Positions 62,301 through 64,000 of a stretch of 64,000 nucleotides of DNA are shown here, one piece after another; position 1 is the stretch's first letter, and each line of letters starts with the position of its first letter. A program made the position numbers and the translations under genes. The stretch comes from Eledone cirrhosa (taxonomy: Eukaryota), in the NCBI GenBank assembly GCA_964016885.1, contig OZ024744.1, positions 127,162,001 to 127,226,000 of the forward strand. The letters are read 5' to 3'. The notes under the pieces were generated by a model. The model worked only from the letters and a program-made list of their open reading frames with translations. It was not told where the DNA came from and ran no database searches.

Positions 62301-64000
62301 TAAGTTGGGGCTAAGTTAAGTTGGGGCTGAGTTAAGTTGGGGTTAAGTTAAGTTGGGGTTGAGTTAAGTTGGGGTTAAGTTAAGTTGGGATTAAGTTAAG
62401 TTGGGGTTAAGTTAAGTTCGGCTTGAGTTAAGTTGGGGTTAAGTTAAGTTGGGGTTAATTTAAGTTGGGGTTAAGTTAAGTTGGGGTTAAGATAAGTTGG
62501 GGTTAAGTTAAGTTGGGGTTAAGTTAAGTTGGGGTTGAGTTAATTTGGGGTTAAGTTAAGTTGGGGTTAAATTAAGTTGGGGTTAAGTTGGGGTTAAGTT
62601 AAGTTGGGGTTAAGTTAAGTTGGGGGTAGGTTAAGTTGGGGGCAAGTTAAGTTGGGGTTAAGTTAAGTTGGGGTTAAGTTAAGTTGGGGCTAAGTTAAGT
62701 TGGGGCTGAGTTAAGTTGGGGTTAAGTTAAGTTGGGGTTGAGTTAAGTTGGGGTTGAGTTAAGTTGGGGTTAAGTTAAGTTGGCGTTAAGTTAAGTTGGG
62801 GTTGAGTTAAGTTGGGGTTAAGTTAAGTTGGGGTTAATTTAATTTGCGGTTAAGTTAGGTTGTGGGTTAAGTTAAGTTGGGGTTAAGTTAAGCTGGGGTT
62901 AACTGGGGTAAGTTAAGTTGGGGTAAGTTAAGTTGGGGTTAAGTTAAGTTGGGGTTAAGTTAAGTTGGGGTTGAGTTAAGTTGGGGTTAAGTTAAGTTGG
63001 GGTTAAGTTAAGCTGGGGGTAAGTTGGGGTAAGTTAAGTTGGGGTAAGTTAAGTTGGGGTTAAGTTAAGTTGGGGTTAAGTTAATTTGCGGTTAAGTTAG
63101 GTTGTGGGTTAAGTTAAGTTGGGGTTAAGTTAAGCTGGGGTTAAGTTGGGGTAAGTTAAGTTGGGGTTAAGTTAAGTTGGGGTTAAGTTAAGTTGGGGTT
63201 AAGTTAAGCTGGGGTTAAGTTGGGGTAAGTTAAGTTGGGGTTAAGTTAAGTTGGGGTTAAGTTAAGTTGGGGTTAAGTTAAGTTGGGGGTAAGTTAAGTT
63301 GGGGGCAAGTTAAGTTGGGGTTAAGTTAAGTTGGGGTTAAGTTAAGTTGGGGTTAAGTTAAGTTGGGGTTAAGTTAAGTTAGGGTTAATTTCAGTTGGGG
63401 TTATGTTAAGTTGGGGTTAAGTTAAGTTGGGGTTAAGTTAAAGTTGGGGTTAAGTTAAGTTGGGGTTCAGTTGGGGTAAGTTAAGTTGGGGGTAAGTTAA
63501 GTTGGGGTTAAGTTAAGTTGGGGTTAAGTTAAGTTGGGGTTGAGTTAAGTTGGGGTTAAGTTAAGTTAGGGTTAATTTCAGTTGGGGTTATGTTAAGTTG
63601 GGGTTAAGTTAAGTTGGGGTTAAGTTAAAGTTGGGGTTAAGTTCAGTTGGGGTTAATTTCAGTTGGGGTTATGTTAAGTTGGGGTTAAGTTAAGTTGGGG
63701 TTAAGTTAAAGTTGGGGTTAAGTTAAGTTGGGGTAAAGTTAAGTTAGGGTTAAGTTAAGTTGGGGTTAAGTTAAGTTGGGGTTAAATTAAGTTGGGGTTA
63801 AGTTAAGTTGGGGTTAAGTTAAGTTGGGGTTAAATTAAGTTGGGGTTCAGTTAAGTTGGGGTTAAATTAAGTTGGGGTTAAGTTAAGTTGGGGTTAGTTA
63901 AGTTGGGGTTAAGTTAAGTTGGGGTTAAGTTAAGTTGGGGTTAAGTTAAGTTGGGGTTAAGTTAAGTTGGGGTTAAGTTAAGTTGGGGTTAAGTTAAGTT
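56360..64000 (+). repeat. Tandem duplication of 3,875 bp (type B; second copy cut by the window end)
   Basis: Constant offset 3875: TTTGGGTTGAG 56361->60236, TTTGAGG 56742->60617, TAGCTT 56981->60856, TTTACGTT 58322->62197, GGGGTTAGTT 60021->63896. Confidence 0.93.

Larger units (their letters stand above)
1..64000 (+). repeat. Tandem satellite array of the 16-bp monomer GGGGTTAAGTTAAGTT (G-rich strand = +); runs off both ends of the window
   Basis: Monomer is read directly throughout, e.g. the pure run at ~60030-60175. Consensus composition is 6 G, 6 T, 4 A, 0 C. Variants are single substitutions or short indels (11-mer GGGGTTAAGTT, 15-mer, 17-mer). No inversion or non-repeat insertion was seen. 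Confidence 0.99.

Noticed and set aside
1-64000. Protein-coding ORF (repetitive protein)
   Set aside because: TTAA is palindromic and occurs twice per monomer, and 16 is not a multiple of 3, so TAA stops recur in all six frames under the standard code. Nothing else suggests coding.
1-64000. CRISPR or CRISPR-like repeat-spacer array
   Set aside because: No unique spacers, leader or cas genes; all intervening sequence is variant monomer.
1-64000. piggyBac or other mobile-element insertions at the thousands of TTAA sites
   Set aside because: No non-repeat sequence, terminal inverted repeats or poly(A) tails were seen anywhere.
1-64000. Variants as random sequencing noise, or the array as a low-complexity artefact
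   Set aside because: Variants recur in identical order at fixed kb offsets, which random error would not produce. The copy number of near-identical blocks could still be misassembled.
1-64000. Assignment to a named satellite family or species
   Set aside because: I do not recognise this monomer with confidence; it needs a Dfam/Repbase/TeloBase and BLAST search.

Overview
The whole 64 kb window is one uninterrupted, single-orientation tandem array of a 16-bp G/T-rich monomer, consensus GGGGTTAAGTTAAGTT (roughly 4,000 monomers). No genes, RNA genes, transposons, CRISPR spacers or unique flanking DNA are visible, and TAA stops close all six frames. The information lies in the rare variant monomers, which act as landmarks. 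They show nested higher-order structure: a ~7.05 kb unit and its ~6.0 kb deletion derivatives (1-23 kb), a ~3.1 kb duplication nested in a ~7.29 kb duplication (25-41 kb), and 3,911-bp and 3,875-bp tandem duplications (47-55 kb, 56-64 kb). Two block types alternate as A-B-A-B, with long-range offsets of ~29.5, ~37.4 and ~44.5 kb. This looks like a eukaryotic satellite (telomere-like, subtelomeric or centromeric) shaped by recombination. Organism and chromosomal position cannot be determined from the window. Offsets were counted by eye from marker variants, and block boundaries are approximate (tens of bp).
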